Positions 51,427 to 64,000 of a DNA stretch of 64,000 bases are shown here, one piece after another. This DNA comes from Octopus sinensis (taxonomy: Eukaryota). How positions within the stretch are numbered: the stretch's first letter is position 1; the number at the start of each line of letters is the position of its first letter. The notes under the pieces were generated by a model. The model did not search any database. It saw only the letters and a program-made list of their open reading frames with translations, and was not told where the DNA came from. The stretch spans positions 109,306,001 to 109,370,000 of the forward strand of contig NC_042997.1 in assembly GCF_006345805.1 (NCBI RefSeq), read 5' to 3'. A program made the translations under genes and the position numbers.

Positions 51427-51427
<1 letters not shown>
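50430..51427 (+). mobile_element. Tx1/L1-like LINE copy D, truncated at both ends
   Basis: [17 protein letters not shown]... to mid 3' UTR (cgatccctattgat), then runs directly into (CTAT)n. Confidence 0.9.
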
Positions 51428-52190
<763 letters not shown>

Positions 52191-52250
52191 AGTATGTATG
52201 TATGTAATGTATGTAATGTATGTATGTATGGATGTATGTATGTATGTATG

Positions 52251-52281
<31 letters not shown>

Positions 52282-52666
52282 GTATGTATTTATGGAATCT
52301 AATCTTCGTAAGTATTATAGACTTTCTTTCTAATATAAAGTACGCGTCTGATTAGCTAAGGGCGGATTTCTTCATGCAGCTGGATCTTATTATCTGCATA
52401 CACTGCAACAATATCATGTACTTAGAATTTGGCAAGGATGCATGGACGTGTATACAAGAAGGTCGGTTCAAAACTACGTGCATTCGTGTTCGATTCCAGA
52501 ACATTCAACTCGAAGTACTTGTACATATATCCTCTCTTGAGCAGCACGGCTTTGCGTCCCTCCGTTATGAATCTTTATGGGAGATGTACTTGCATAGCAA
52601 GTGTCCTGATCTGAGATCGTGTGCTGGAACGAAAACAATTGTAGCGTAAGCGATTTAAAGACACAC

Positions 52667-52807
52667 AAAAACCGTTAGATTCACTTCAACATTTAAATTG
52701 AATTTGCCAAAATATTTTCGTCACATTGAGACTGTGACATGTTCAGCACGGAATTTTGTCAGTGAACATGTCGCTGTTTAAATGTTGATGTGAATCTAAT
52801 GGTTTTT
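52667..52807. repeat. Nested inverted-repeat element
   Basis: Outer arms aaaaccgttagattcacttcaacatttaaa / tttaaatgttgatgtgaatctaatggtttt; inner arms share tgaacatgtc. Confidence 0.75.
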
Positions 52808-52934
52808 AAATGGCTTATAATCACCTTCCACGCTGCAATTGTGTGTGTGTGTGTGTGCGTATATATATATATATATATCTATATATATATATATATATAT
52901 AATATATATATATATACATACATACATACATACA

Positions 52935-52970
<36 letters not shown>

Positions 52971-53106
52971 TATCCTTGTGTGCTTAGGTGGGGAGGAAGT
53001 GAGATACACAGAAAGCTACGCAGATTTTTAGATAGTCCGACAGACAAATAGATATACAGGCAGGCAGACAGATAAATAAATATATTTATATATATATATT
53101 TATATA

Positions 53107-53153
<47 letters not shown>

Positions 53154-53176
53154 AATATATACATTTTATATAGATA

Positions 53177-54830
53177 TGTTTCTTTATTAGCCACACTGGG
53201 CTGCACACAGACAGAACAAATTACAAGGTAGAGCTTTTCTTTTGGCGGTAAAAAAAAGGGGGTTGGTTTTCGATCAAAAGGGATCGTAAAAGGAAAGGAA
53301 GAGGACAAAAAAAGGGGAGGATTTAAAAAAAGGTGGGGGAGAGGGAAAAAAAAGAAAAGGGGAGAGGAAAAAAAAAGTTGATCAATAGGGATCGTAATCA
53401 CAGAAATGTCAATATGAAGTGTAAAGGGGAGGACAGGTGAGGTTTACCCGTGGAAGGAAAAGCCTACGGAAAAGACCACGGTAACCTCGGTCAATGAAGT
53501 CACATGTTATATTTCTTTTTTTTTTTTTTGCAAATAAGCAACTCTCTGTATTAATTTTTACGGTTCATAGAATCATAGTCAAGGTGGCTTCGTCATTCAT
53601 ACGTGCCATCCTTGCTACATTCACCCATCTTTTTTTAAAACATTCGCTAGACAAAACTTGCCTCTCTACTCTCACTTTCCTCTTTAAGTGATACTTGAAG
53701 AAGTTGATGAGAGATTGACCAGAGCAGAAAGTGTTTGTCTCTAATCCTTTCAGGCGCGTCCACCAGATACATTCTTTCGCCATAGCCACAAGTATGATAA
53801 AAATAGCTCTTCCTTCCCGTTTGAAGGAAAGAGGCGTGACGATATTAACGATAGACTCGGCTGATAAACCGACACGTCCCACACGTGACAGCAGCCGTTC
53901 GACATAAGCCCACAGGTCGGAAATTGCTGGACACTGCACGATTGCGTGCAGAGCGGTTTCGTCGCTCTGACCCCCATCTCGGGCAGGTCGGCCCCGTGTT
54001 TCTCGAGCTATGCCTATAGAGCTTATCCCGAACGGGTAGCGCTTCTCGGTAGCACCGCCAGGCCAGGGATCTCTGGAAGTTGTCCATAGGTCCCGGGCCG
54101 AAAGTCGTTTGAAACAGGCGGGTCAGGTATTCCTCGTCGACGCACCGGTTTGCCCCGAGATCGTCGTTGTACCTCCCCTCCACTAATCCCCTATAGAATG
54201 CTTTGTTTGTGTTGAAGTCACTCAAGGTCGACCCGGGACGGCAGAGTTGCTTGAGAGCAACGCGACACTCGCGGTGTCATTCGCCCTTCCTCGACCTCTT
54301 TTTGATCCACGACTGCAGTTCGGTCATGGAGACGAGTTGCGGGAAAGCGTGCCTCACAACGGCGACCACACCTGTTCACCATCGTATACATAGAGCCAGA
54401 GATGTCGCAGTCCCAGCGCATGTCTGCACATTATCAACCACGGCATGCCCAGCCCTCCTTTTAACGGGTGTTGACAGCAAATGGATCGCCTGACCATCGG
54501 GACGCATCCTTTCCACAAGAAGCGGAAGAGAATGCGTTCTAGTTTGGTGATGGTAGGGTCGGGACAAGGTACGACGGTCAAGCGGTAGTAGATGATGGAC
54601 GCGATGTACTCGTTCGCCACCTCCGCCCGACCTTTTAGGGACAGTTTCCTCTCGGCCCATTGCCGGGCGAGAGTGACCACCCTTCTCGTTATCTCGTTCC
54701 AGTTCTTCTCCATTTGGAGGTCCGGACCGAACCAGACCCCGAGCAACTCAACCGGGCCGTCTGACCAGCGTCCCACGACGGAGGTACTGGTGGACGGCAT
54801 GGGCTTGCTTCTCCAGGTGCCGAGCCGTAG
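53177..54830 (-). mobile_element. Tx1/L1-like LINE copy E, 5'-truncated, reverse orientation
   Basis: Minus ORFs [14 protein letters not shown]...[15 protein letters not shown]. 3' end AATAAAGAGAAACA|TATCTATA. The 5' junction abuts (GATA)n at 54831-55015. Confidence 0.93.
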
Positions 54831-54846
54831 ATAAACAGATAGATAT

Positions 54847-54906
<60 letters not shown>

Positions 54907-54937
54907 ACAGATTGATAGATAGATAGAGAGAGAGAGG

Positions 54938-55013
<76 letters not shown>

Positions 55014-55436
55014 CAGGTAAGGCACTTAGGCAATTAGAAAAGGTACTGAATGCTATAAGTAAGGCGTTCAATTTTTCTATATGGCCACCTCACCGGTAAT
55101 GAACGTGCAGATATGCTGCGGACTTTTGCTTGAATTTTGTACCTTCCATTACGTTCTCTCTTCTCTGTATGTCACCTGGCAAAATGTTCTCCAGTGGTTC
55201 AGCTTAGATAATTTTTAGAAGAGAATAGGGGCAAACCCTGCACATGCTTCTCATGAATTATCAGTGTTAATTGTCTCGTTACAACATTGCTTATTTTTAT
55301 CCAAACCCTGTCGGGATATAACCAAGACAACAGCCTCAAAGGAGATTGTGAAAGTTTTTTCTGTCAAAGGCAGCATTTACTTCGTGTCCCTATGTTCTTC
55401 TCGAGGGAAACAGTCTATCACACACACACACACATA

Positions 55437-55482
<46 letters not shown>

Positions 55483-55776
55483 AACACACACATACACACT
55501 TACACATACAACGTCTGTGTGCGTGTCTGTGTGCGAGTGTGTGTGTGTGTATGTGCATCCGTTAGATGCAACTGAACCGGTATTAAACAAAAACAGCCAT
55601 CTTTGCACCATGATCAATCTATTTTAAACCGTTAAAAGGTCAGTAAGTGCGGTATTTCCTCTTGATACAAATACCGCAGTAAACTGGTCTATCGGCGCTC
55701 TGTATATTACACTACGTATAATATTGTCTTTATAATCGTAACCGATCGAGTGTTAGACCATATGTTGAACTTCATA

Positions 55777-55817
<41 letters not shown>

Positions 55818-55829
55818 GATAGACAGCCG

Positions 55830-56100
55830 ATAACTTATTGCAATAAGAAATGGCTTAGCTTGGCTTCCATGTTCTTGCCTGATGTGGCTGAGGTCATTCC
55901 AAGTTAGTGGTCCCAGAGGTGTCATCATGCATAGAGCCGACCAGGTATACCAGAGCTCTTCGTCGCTGGTGCTCCCATGCCAGCCCCTCTGCAACCACCA
56001 AGGTGATGTTGAGCTTCTGGAGATCTCCTTCAATTCATGTCCAGCCAACTGGTATAGGGCCTGCCACGAGGCCCCTTCCAACTCGCAGCTGCTGCATTGA
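55830..56100 (-). mobile_element. Possible 3' remnant of an RLE-type (HERO/R4-like) LINE
   Basis: ELEGASWQALYQL...LKEISRSSTSPWWLQR loosely resembles EVGCRGF...LSEAAE..S.WLW termini. Weak. Confidence 0.3.
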
Positions 56101-56378
56101 ATGAGAGTAAAGCCCTGGTGTGATTATCTAGCAGGAGACATAGGACATGTTCGTACATAGTGCGTGTGACAGATAGCTATGCAGTGGGAGGCTGTGCTAT
56201 AATGCGTGTAGTTCTTTGTTGGAAACATGATGGTATTACCTGATGTTTTTGGTGGTTCTCAGTGCTCTGCTAGCGACCGTTGATGAAGGATCGTTCTATG
56301 TGTTACTTGTCCTGTTTTCTATTTTTCTCATTGTTTGCATATTTAACTCGTTTGTGTTCCTACTTCTTGTTGTTTACA

Positions 56379-56430
<52 letters not shown>

Positions 56431-56479
56431 AACTTAGATAAACTTAGATATGTTTCGACCAAAGACTGGTCCAGGCCAT

Positions 56480-57490
56480 GTCTAACTTAATAGCACCACC
56501 TAATAGGATTATCTAAATCCTTTTTAAGTCAAGTTTTGTGATATCATGGTACACTCAGGTAGTGAGTTCTTGTTGAATGTGTTGTATCCTGGTATAGGTG
56601 GCTTATCTGGTATTACTTTGAAGAAATTTGTCCAGACTCCATTTAAAGGTGATAGGACCCTTTTTCTCTTTGATCAGTTTTGGGACAATGTTAAAGAGGG
56701 CAGGGCCTGTTGAGGAAAAGAAATTGTGTCGCAGTGTACCTATATGTTGTGATCCTCAATTGGGTAAGGGACGTATGGCCCGTGGTCCCAGCCTTGGATG
56801 AATCTTGAAACTAATGTTCAAGTCGTTTGGGCAATACTGGCGGTATATTTTCCACATCGTCCAAATGATGTACCGCTCGCGGCGGCACTGGAGAGAGTAG
56901 AGTTTCAAGGCTTTAAGGTGGTCCCAGTAATCGAGATCAGTCATGCCCTTAATTCGTTTAGTGAATGCCCTCTGGGGTGATTCAATTTTCCAGATGTTTT
57001 ATTTTGTATGGGGAGACAACAGGGGGCAGCAGCATTCGAGGTGTGGCCGTACAAAGAAGGAGAAAAGTGGAATGACACCTTGCTCTCTGGACCGGAAGGT
57101 TCTTAAGATCCAGGAGCTCATCTTACGAGCTATATCAACCTTATTGCTGATGTGGGCACTCCAACTGAGATTGTTATCTACAATTACACCCAGGTCCCTG
57201 ATATTGTTAGATGCTGTGAGCGGTTCCCCTGAAGAAAGAGTGTATGGCTGTTCTAGTGTGGACTTTCTTCCAAAATGCATCAGCTCAAATTTTCCCTCGT
57301 TTAGTTGTATTTTGCTTTTGTCTGCCCATTAACTCACAGCATATAGCTCAGACTGGAGTTGAGTTCGGTCTTCTTCTTCATTGATGATTTGCTGGAGCTT
57401 AGTGTCATCAGCAAATATTTTCACTTTGCAGAATTTTACGATGCTGGAAAGGTGGTTTATGTAGATTATAAAGAGTAGCGGGTTCGAGAC
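56480..57490 (-). mobile_element. CR1/L2-group LINE, 5'-truncated
   Basis: PLLFIIYINHL...KIFADDTKL; IRDLGVIVDNNLSWSAHI; FVRPHLECCCPL; LDYWDHLKALKLYSLQCRRERY. Confidence 0.9.
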
Positions 57491-57618
57491 TGGTGACTTT
57501 TGCTGGGTTTGAGTGAACTCCAACAACAAAAACATGTTATGTTCTATTCACTAGGAAATACTCAAACCAGTATAGAAATTTTCCATGGATTTATTTTTAT
57601 TATTGTATATGTATATAT

Positions 57619-58110
57619 GTGGAGGCGCAATGGCCTCGCAGTCGTAGGATCGCGGATTCGATTCCCAGAACGGCATTGTGTGTGTTTATTGAGCGAAAAC
57701 ACCTAAAGCCCCACGAGGCTCCAGCAGGTGGGGTGGTGAACCCTGCTGTACCATTTCACCACAACTTTCCCTCACTCTTTCTTCCTGTTTCTGTTGTACC
57801 TGTATTTCAAAGGGACCAGCCTTGTCACGCTCTGTATCACGCTGAATCTCCCCCGAGAACTACGTTAAGGGTACACGTGTCTGTAGAGTGCTCAGCCACT
57901 TGCACGTTAATAAATGAGCTGCGACGTCACTGGTACCAAGCTGTACCGGACTTGACCTTTCCCTTGGATAACATTGGTGGCGTGAGAGAGGGGATGGTGG
58001 TATGCGTGGATGACTGCTTGTCTTCCATAAACAACCTTGCCCAGACTTGTGCCTCAGAAGGTAACTTTCTAGGTGTAATCCCATAATCATTCATGACCGA
58101 AGGGGGTCGC
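57619..58110 (+). mobile_element. SINE family 3
   Basis: ggaggcgcaatggcc head, ggattcgattccc B-box-like. Body shared with 12770-12960. Confidence 0.7.
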
Positions 58111-58146
58111 AACAACAACAATCTGTATGTATATATATATATATAT

Positions 58147-58774
58147 AAATATAAGAGAGTTAACGTGAAGTGGTTAACTCTAGTGCTAGAAATAGCTCCT
58201 TATTCTGGTATAGCCACCGAAGTTGTTTCCACAGAAGAAATAACATTACCTTCAACGTAAGGGAAGCGAAATACAACGAAAAGATAGATTAATGCTGAAC
58301 AATTGTTTCTTTATCAACATAATATGCAATTATACTCACATATTTGTCTATAAATCATCGGCAGCATTTGTCCTCGATGTAATTTATCAGACCCTCACGG
58401 GCGATAAATACCCCTGCGGTCTGATCGATTGCATACATAGTTGTGGTTTAGCCTCTCGCCAAAAGCATGCTAAGACTCAGTGGAAACCAATACCGCATAG
58501 AATATTTGCTGCAGCATATTTAAGTTATAAATTCATAAATGAGGGTGAACAATTACATATTAATTTAATAATACCGTCAGTTTAACACCAAGTGGCCTAG
58601 CACATAAAAAACCAGGGAGACAGTACAAATTTATACATAAATATAAGAGAGTTAACGTTAAATGGTTAACTCTAGTGCTAGAAATAGCTCCTTATTCTGG
58701 TATAGCCACCGAAGTTGTTTCCACAGAACAAATAACATTGTTTCCACAGAAGAAATAACATTACCTTCAACGTA
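58147..58774 (+). repeat. Two direct repeats of about 115-135 bp (58147-58260 and 58639-58774)
   Basis: aaatataagagagttaacg...ttaccttcaacgta occurs twice; the second copy has an internal duplication. Confidence 0.85.
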
Positions 58775-59151
58775 TGTATGCGGTATTGGTTTCCAATAGC
58801 GCAGTCGAAGTTAATTTTGGCATGATTTTTACAGCTGGATGCTCTTCCAAACGCCAACTACATTACAATGTAGACTGGATGCTTTTAACGTGTCACAAGC
58901 ATTGGCAAGGTAACCAAATAACTCACAAGACAAGGAATTATGAGAGGGGCAGGGGCATTTGAGGAGCGGAACTTGTGCCAGATGATGAAAGGTAAGTGGG
59001 TGACAAAGAAACAGAGGCAGTAACAGGTGTCTTGCTATAAGAGAGGGGGCATTGTAGGAGGTGATCCAGTATCAGATGATGAACGGTTAGTGTAACAGAG
59101 AAGTGGAGAGGCAGAAATGGGTGTCTTGCTGTAGAGGAGGTACATGGTTAC

Positions 59152-59154
<3 letters not shown>

Positions 59155-59190
<36 letters not shown>

Positions 59191-59328
59191 GGTACCAGAT
59201 GAGATCAGAAACAAGTATGCTGATGGAAAGGAGATACTTGGTTGTCTAGTCACAGGAAAAACAAGAGGAGAGAAAGAGAGAAAGATAGAAAGAGAGGGAA
59301 AGAGAGAAAGAGAGAGAGAAAGAGAGAA

Positions 59329-59363
<35 letters not shown>

Positions 59364-59520
59364 AAGAGAGAAAGAGAGAGAGAAAGAGAGAAAGAGAGAA
59401 AGAGAGAAAGAGAGAGAGAAAAAGAGAAAGAGAGAGAGAGAGAAAGAGAGAAAGAGAGAGAGAGAGAGAAAGAGAGAAAGAGAGAAAGAGAGAGAGAGAG
59501 AAAGAGAGAAAGAGAGTAGG
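59155..59520. repeat. (GA)n/(GAAA)n purine-rich microsatellite
   Basis: Direct reading. Confidence 0.95.
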
Positions 59521-59941
59521 AAACAGCAAAATTGTAAGATAGAGTAGAAGAGAGATGGTGTAGTGTTTGGGTGTACTCACAAGTAACAAGAATATGAGCG
59601 TAGAACCTGGTTAGAAAATTATGGCTTGGGTGTTGGGGGCTTGGGGAGCAGCGATACAGTGAGCAGGGCAGTGAGGGCAAGAAAGAGGATAGGAAAGCAA
59701 TCATAATTTATGAAGAGGAAATGTAAGGAGGAGAAAGATGCAGTTAGAAGAGGAGTTGTAGTTTGATTTCTTAGGGTTAGTCCAATTTCACATTTTACTC
59801 AATTTTTCCACGCATTGTTTTATCTCAATGACTTCAAATCTCACCGATGTTAACATGCGATTTCAATATTTTGGAGTCGTTAAAACAAAATGCCTCTCAA
59901 GTGTTTGGTCCAATTATATTTTTAAAATTCATCATAAACAT

Positions 59942-60620
59942 CTCAGTCCACTGTCATTTCCTCCGTGAGCCCCCACATCCTAAGGTCGGTCCTCAACACT
60001 TCATTCCATGTGCTCTTGAGTCTTCCTCTTCCTCAAGTACCATCCAGTTTCACTGACAAACACTTTTGTATACAGTTGTCTTTACTTATACTCATCACAT
60101 GTCCAAACCAGTGCATTTTCCTCTCCTACATGTCAAATTTAATCCCTATTATGCCCAACTTTTCTTTCAACACAATTGTGCTTTGTCGGTCATGCGCACT
60201 GATGTTTTAAATCCAACGGAGCATACTACCTCCATTTCTCTCCCGCCTACGCACGTCCTCTGCAGTCGGAGCACATGTCTCACCTCCATGTAACATAGCT
60301 TTTCTCACATAAGCATCAGACAACCTACCTTTCACTCTGAGAAAGAGTCCTTTTGCTGTCAACAGAGGCAGTAGTTCTTTGAACTTTCTCTACCCTATTC
60401 TTAGTCTAGAAGCAGTACTTTCAGAGCGCCCACCACTGTCACTAATTTGGTCGCCTAAATAGCAGAAACTATCAACTACCTCAAGAGATCCTGCTGAGAA
60501 TCGTGCTCTTAGTAATTACGGTCCCTGTGCATCTGCCACACGCAAAAGCAACCTTATCTGATAACTTTCCCACAATTCCACTGCATCCCTTATGCGTCCA
60601 TAGCTTACACTTCGTGCAGC
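59942..60620 (-). mobile_element. RTE-clade LINE, degenerate 3' part
   Basis: Minus strand LEVVDSFCYLG...GRGRLKSTWNEVLRTDLRMWGLTEEMT, related to 13120-13995. Confidence 0.8.
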
Positions 60621-60704
60621 AAATAGAATTACATCTCACTCCTTTCCTATTTATTGAACCGGGCCATTTGCCAACCGGAATGGGAGTCTTGTCTCCTATA
60701 TAAA

Positions 60705-61160
60705 TATAGGCGCAGACGTGGCTGGGTGCAAAGAAGCTTGCCTCTCAACCACGGGTCTCCAAATTTAGTCCCACTCTGTGGCACCTTGGGCAAGGGTCTT
60801 CTGCTACAGCCTCGAGACCACAAAAGGACTGCGAGTGGATTTGATGGATGGAAACTTAAAGAAGCGGGTCGTATATTTATATATATGTGACGGGGGTGCA
60901 TGTATGTGCATGTGTAAGTATGTATGTCTCCCACCATCGATTGACATCTGGTGTTGAGTTTACGACTCTGTAACTAGCTTAACACCCGGTGCTGGTGTGT
61001 TAATGTCCCCGTAAATTGGCGGTTCGGCGAAAAAAACTTATAGAATAATTTCTAGTCTAAGAGCAAAAGTACTGGAATTGATTCGTTCAACTACAAAAAA
61101 TACTTCAAGGCTGTGCCCCAGCATGGCCGCAGTCGAATGACTGAAACATGTAAAAGATAG
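60705..61160 (+). mobile_element. tRNA-derived SINE, family 2, diverged
   Basis: ataggcgcagacgtggctg head, ggcaccttgggcaagg, ccagcatggccgcagtcgaatgactgaaac tail. Confidence 0.8.
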
Positions 61161-61635
61161 ATGTCATGAATGTTTAAAATGTCTGTTAGGGAATTTGGTA
61201 AAACTGCTGAGTATCGTTTAATCTATGCCGTTTCGACATCTCTCTTATAAACCATTTTGTATCTGCCTTGAAATAGAATTCAATTTATCGCTTTTAGACA
61301 AACCATTCTTCTGAAAGCACAACTGCCAAAATAAGGCATGGAAACGTTCTGGAAGCTAATATTTCTGCTGACAATAAAAAGATTCTCTTTTCGAGTAAAA
61401 TGAGTGAATTTTAGTATTCAATCGCCTTACTCGTATATGATTTAATTACTTTTACAAAGAAAATCTGTCCACGAATTAAAACATTATTTATTCAGAATGA
61501 ATGATGTTATTTAGGATAAATATTATTTAGAATAAATGTTTGAATTCAGTGAGTCATTCATGTGTTATTATTGAAATGGTTCGCAAAGTGGGCTGGATAC
61601 AAACGCTCATTTCTTGAGAGGAAACATCCTTCCTG

Positions 61636-61647
61636 CGTCATATGACG
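61636..61647. promoter_or_regulatory. Perfect 12-bp palindrome CGTCATATGACG made of two CRE/ATF half-sites, about 370 bp upstream of CAP5
   Basis: The palindrome is read directly. Function is speculative. Confidence 0.25.
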
Positions 61648-62011
61648 TGACCTCTGACATTGTTCGTTTAGCGTTGCCGTTGAAAGAAGTTTAAATTTCA
61701 ATTTCTAAGATGCTATATCAAAAGGATTATCTTGGAAGGTTTAATGAACTCCATAAGCATCCTGCTACGCAACTTACAGGTTTGTCAACTAAGAATTTAT
61801 CAAAATAATTTTGTTTAAAAATACATTAACGAACGAGTGTCCAACAAACTTTGATTAATAATAAAAACAATATAGTTGGAATAATGGAGCTTAAAAGACG
61901 TATTTTTTTATCATAGTAATTGACTTGTGTAATAGATATTGAGAATTTTTGGAATGAGAAAACCTTTCTCTAGGACAGAAAAACTGAGGAAGCCTGCCTC
62001 GATTTATTACA

Positions 62012-62935
62012 ATGAAAAACCAAATGACGTCCATGTATTTAAAATACTTAATTGTATTTACAGTGGCGATGCGTGTATGTATTTCGGAAGGAAATTGCCC
62101 CAAAAAATTTTGGCACAAAGAAGAGCACACTGCATGTCTTGAAAAGTCGCCTAAGTTAATGGAATCAATGTTTGTGAGTGAAAATGATAAAAATGCCATA
62201 GTCAACATGCATAATGCTTATCGAAGTAGTGTTAAACCTCCGGCCTGTAATATGTTTAAAATGTACTGGGATAATGAACTGGCCTACATTGCACAGAAAT
62301 GGGCCGATAATTGTGAATATAAACATGATGAGAGTTCTAGAAGAAGTATACCTCTAAAGTATAGCGTAGGTCAAAATATTGCCGCAGGATTCCCGAACTG
62401 GGAAAACGTCATCTATGCCTGGCATTCTGAAGGGAAAAATTATAAATTTGGTGACAAAAGAATGAAAAACAGCGGGCATTACACGCAGATAGTGTGGTCG
62501 ACATCCCTTTTAATTGGCTGCGGAGCGTCACGTTGTTCGTTTATAGGCATGCTGTATGTTTGTAATTACGCTCCTGCGGGAAATACATACGGTCAAGACC
62601 CATACCGACGCTGTCGAACTCAGCGACCTTTGAACGATTGTGGTAATAGCCCTTGTTATAATTTCGGTACACTGAACAGACTTGACTGCTCCTGCCATTG
62701 TTTAAATTATCATCAAATACATGGACCCCGTTGTATGATAAACTGTTCCTATTCTGACCCAATTTTTCCGTGCCGTTTAAGAACTCATGATTCGTGTAAA
62801 TATACAAATGTACGCCCTACTTGTCCTTGGCTATGCGAAGAATGTAATGGCGGATTTTTGTCTCGAAGGACAAACCTGGTTCTTCTTTGTGCTGCGCATA
62901 TTTTAAGGATCATCACGTACTCTGATTATCATTAA
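62012..62935 (+). CDS. CAP5: CAP/CRISP-family protein, 307 aa (start may be at a downstream Met), single-exon, most canonical paralog
   Basis: HNAYR, MYWDNELAYIAQKWADNC, GQNIAAG, WHSE, GHYTQIVWSTSLLIGC (CRISP signature 1), LYVCNYAPAGN (signature 2), EGF-like and ShK-like Cys patterns, moderately hydrophobic tail. Confidence 0.95.
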   Translation: MKNQMTSMYLKYLIVFTVAMRVCISEGNCPKKFWHKEEHTACLEKSPKLMESMFVSENDKNAIVNMHNAYRSSVKPPACNMFKMYWDNELAYIAQKWADNCEYKHDESSRRSIPLKYSVGQNIAAGFPNWENVIYAWHSEGKNYKFGDKRMKNSGHYTQIVWSTSLLIGCGASRCSFIGMLYVCNYAPAGNTYGQDPYRRCRTQRPLNDCGNSPCYNFGTLNRLDCSCHCLNYHQIHGPRCMINCSYSDPIFPCRLRTHDSCKYTNVRPTCPWLCEECNGGFLSRRTNLVLLCAAHILRIITYSDYH

Positions 62936-64000
62936 TCGTTATCTCGAGTCAATTTCGAACATTTGGACCAACAATTCAGCTCCTACACGTTACTTTTCGC
63001 ATTTCACATACCATCGCATATTTTTCTTGGAAAAGAAATTTTTAATTATAATCGTTAACATAAACATTTTTACAGAATTTTAAAATTTGACAATATGTTG
63101 AATTCTTAGTTTAGCTTTACCATATTCCCCAGTGATTAAAATTCTGTATATTTCGTAGTTAGTCCAGTTTCACATTTTACTCAATTTTTTCACGCACTGT
63201 TTTACCTCTATGACTTCAAATCTCACCGATGTTAACATTCGATTTCAATGTTTTGAAGTCGTTAAAGCAAAATACCTCGAGAGTGTTTGGTCCAATTATA
63301 TTTTTACAATTCATCATAAACATGAATGGAATTATAATACAATATATGACAAATCGTTTTGAAGACTATATAACTTCCTTCTGCATTTAATTCCTCGAAT
63401 GTAACTTTTAGCAAACCTACTTCGCTCATTATATTTCATGTAAAATCTGTAACTTGTCCATATATACTTATATACATCGGTCATGGTATTTCATAGAACG
63501 GTGTACTACGTACTGAAATACAAAGTGCTTAGAATGTAATTATGTACATATATTATGTTAATTTGTCAATAAAATGAATACCAAAGTGCTTGTAATTACT
63601 TTTGCCTTTTCAGTAATTAGTTTAGTCTTAATGAATTGCAAACACATAACAAAACGAACTGCACATAAAATACTCTTCACCAAAATAAAGCTGATAAAGA
63701 AAGCATGTATTTTCCACGAGAACAGAAAATGAGATGCCTTCTTCAACTTGTGACTTATAAAGTATCAAAAGTCAGATGTTAGAAATATCAATCATAAAAT
63801 ACAGGTTGACTGACACAAATGGCAAACTCACCATAGACACAATTTAAAAGATGGGGATGATATGAACCAGCAATGAGAAGGATAAAGCAACAACAACGGA
63901 GGCTTTTAATAAGCTGAAGACTTCAGCAAAAATGAAATTCTATAGCCTCATGGTAACGCTTTGAAAAGCAACGCTACTTACACGTCCAGTTGTTTATAGA

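Noticed and set aside
56440-56495. Hammerhead-like motif on the minus strand (GACCA/TGGTC stem followed by GAAAC)
   Set aside because: No CUGANGA-like core 5' of the stem.

Overview
Eukaryotic, repeat-rich genomic DNA. The SINE, LINE and microsatellite content looks like an Octopus-type cephalopod genome; this is my inference from repeat families I recall, not a database result. Seven single-exon coding loci lie on the + strand. Five are CAP-superfamily (CRISP/SCP) paralogs with the architecture signal peptide - CAP - EGF-like - ShKT-like - hydrophobic tail: 5019-5942, 16861-17751, a pseudogene at 27582-28512, a copy with one in-frame TAG at 31908-32822, and 62012-62935. Nested between the last two CAP genes are two divergent calcineurin B (CnB) paralogs, 37668-38174 and 44586-45095. 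The rest is SINEs (three with clear target-site duplications), LINE remnants (Tx1/L1-like, RTE, CR1-like, CRE-like, Penelope), a mariner remnant, a probable non-autonomous Helitron and many microsatellites. Highlights: (1) a co-oriented, intronless CAP+CnB cluster with signs of functional divergence (stepwise loss of the CAP His residues; EF-hand 3 Glu12->Asp in both CnBs); (2) CAP2 is a mosaic, with CAP1 flanks around a CAP3-type body; (3) CAP4 is intact except for a single UAG that A-to-I editing could recode to Trp; (4) a Tx1-like LINE family whose five young copies all sit in (TATC)n/(GATA)n, including apparently independent hits in paralogous sites; (5) several repeat families with minimal hammerhead-ribozyme motifs, one fused to a tRNA-derived head. 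Repeat boundaries were read by eye and are approximate (tens of bp) unless defined by a TSD or codon.
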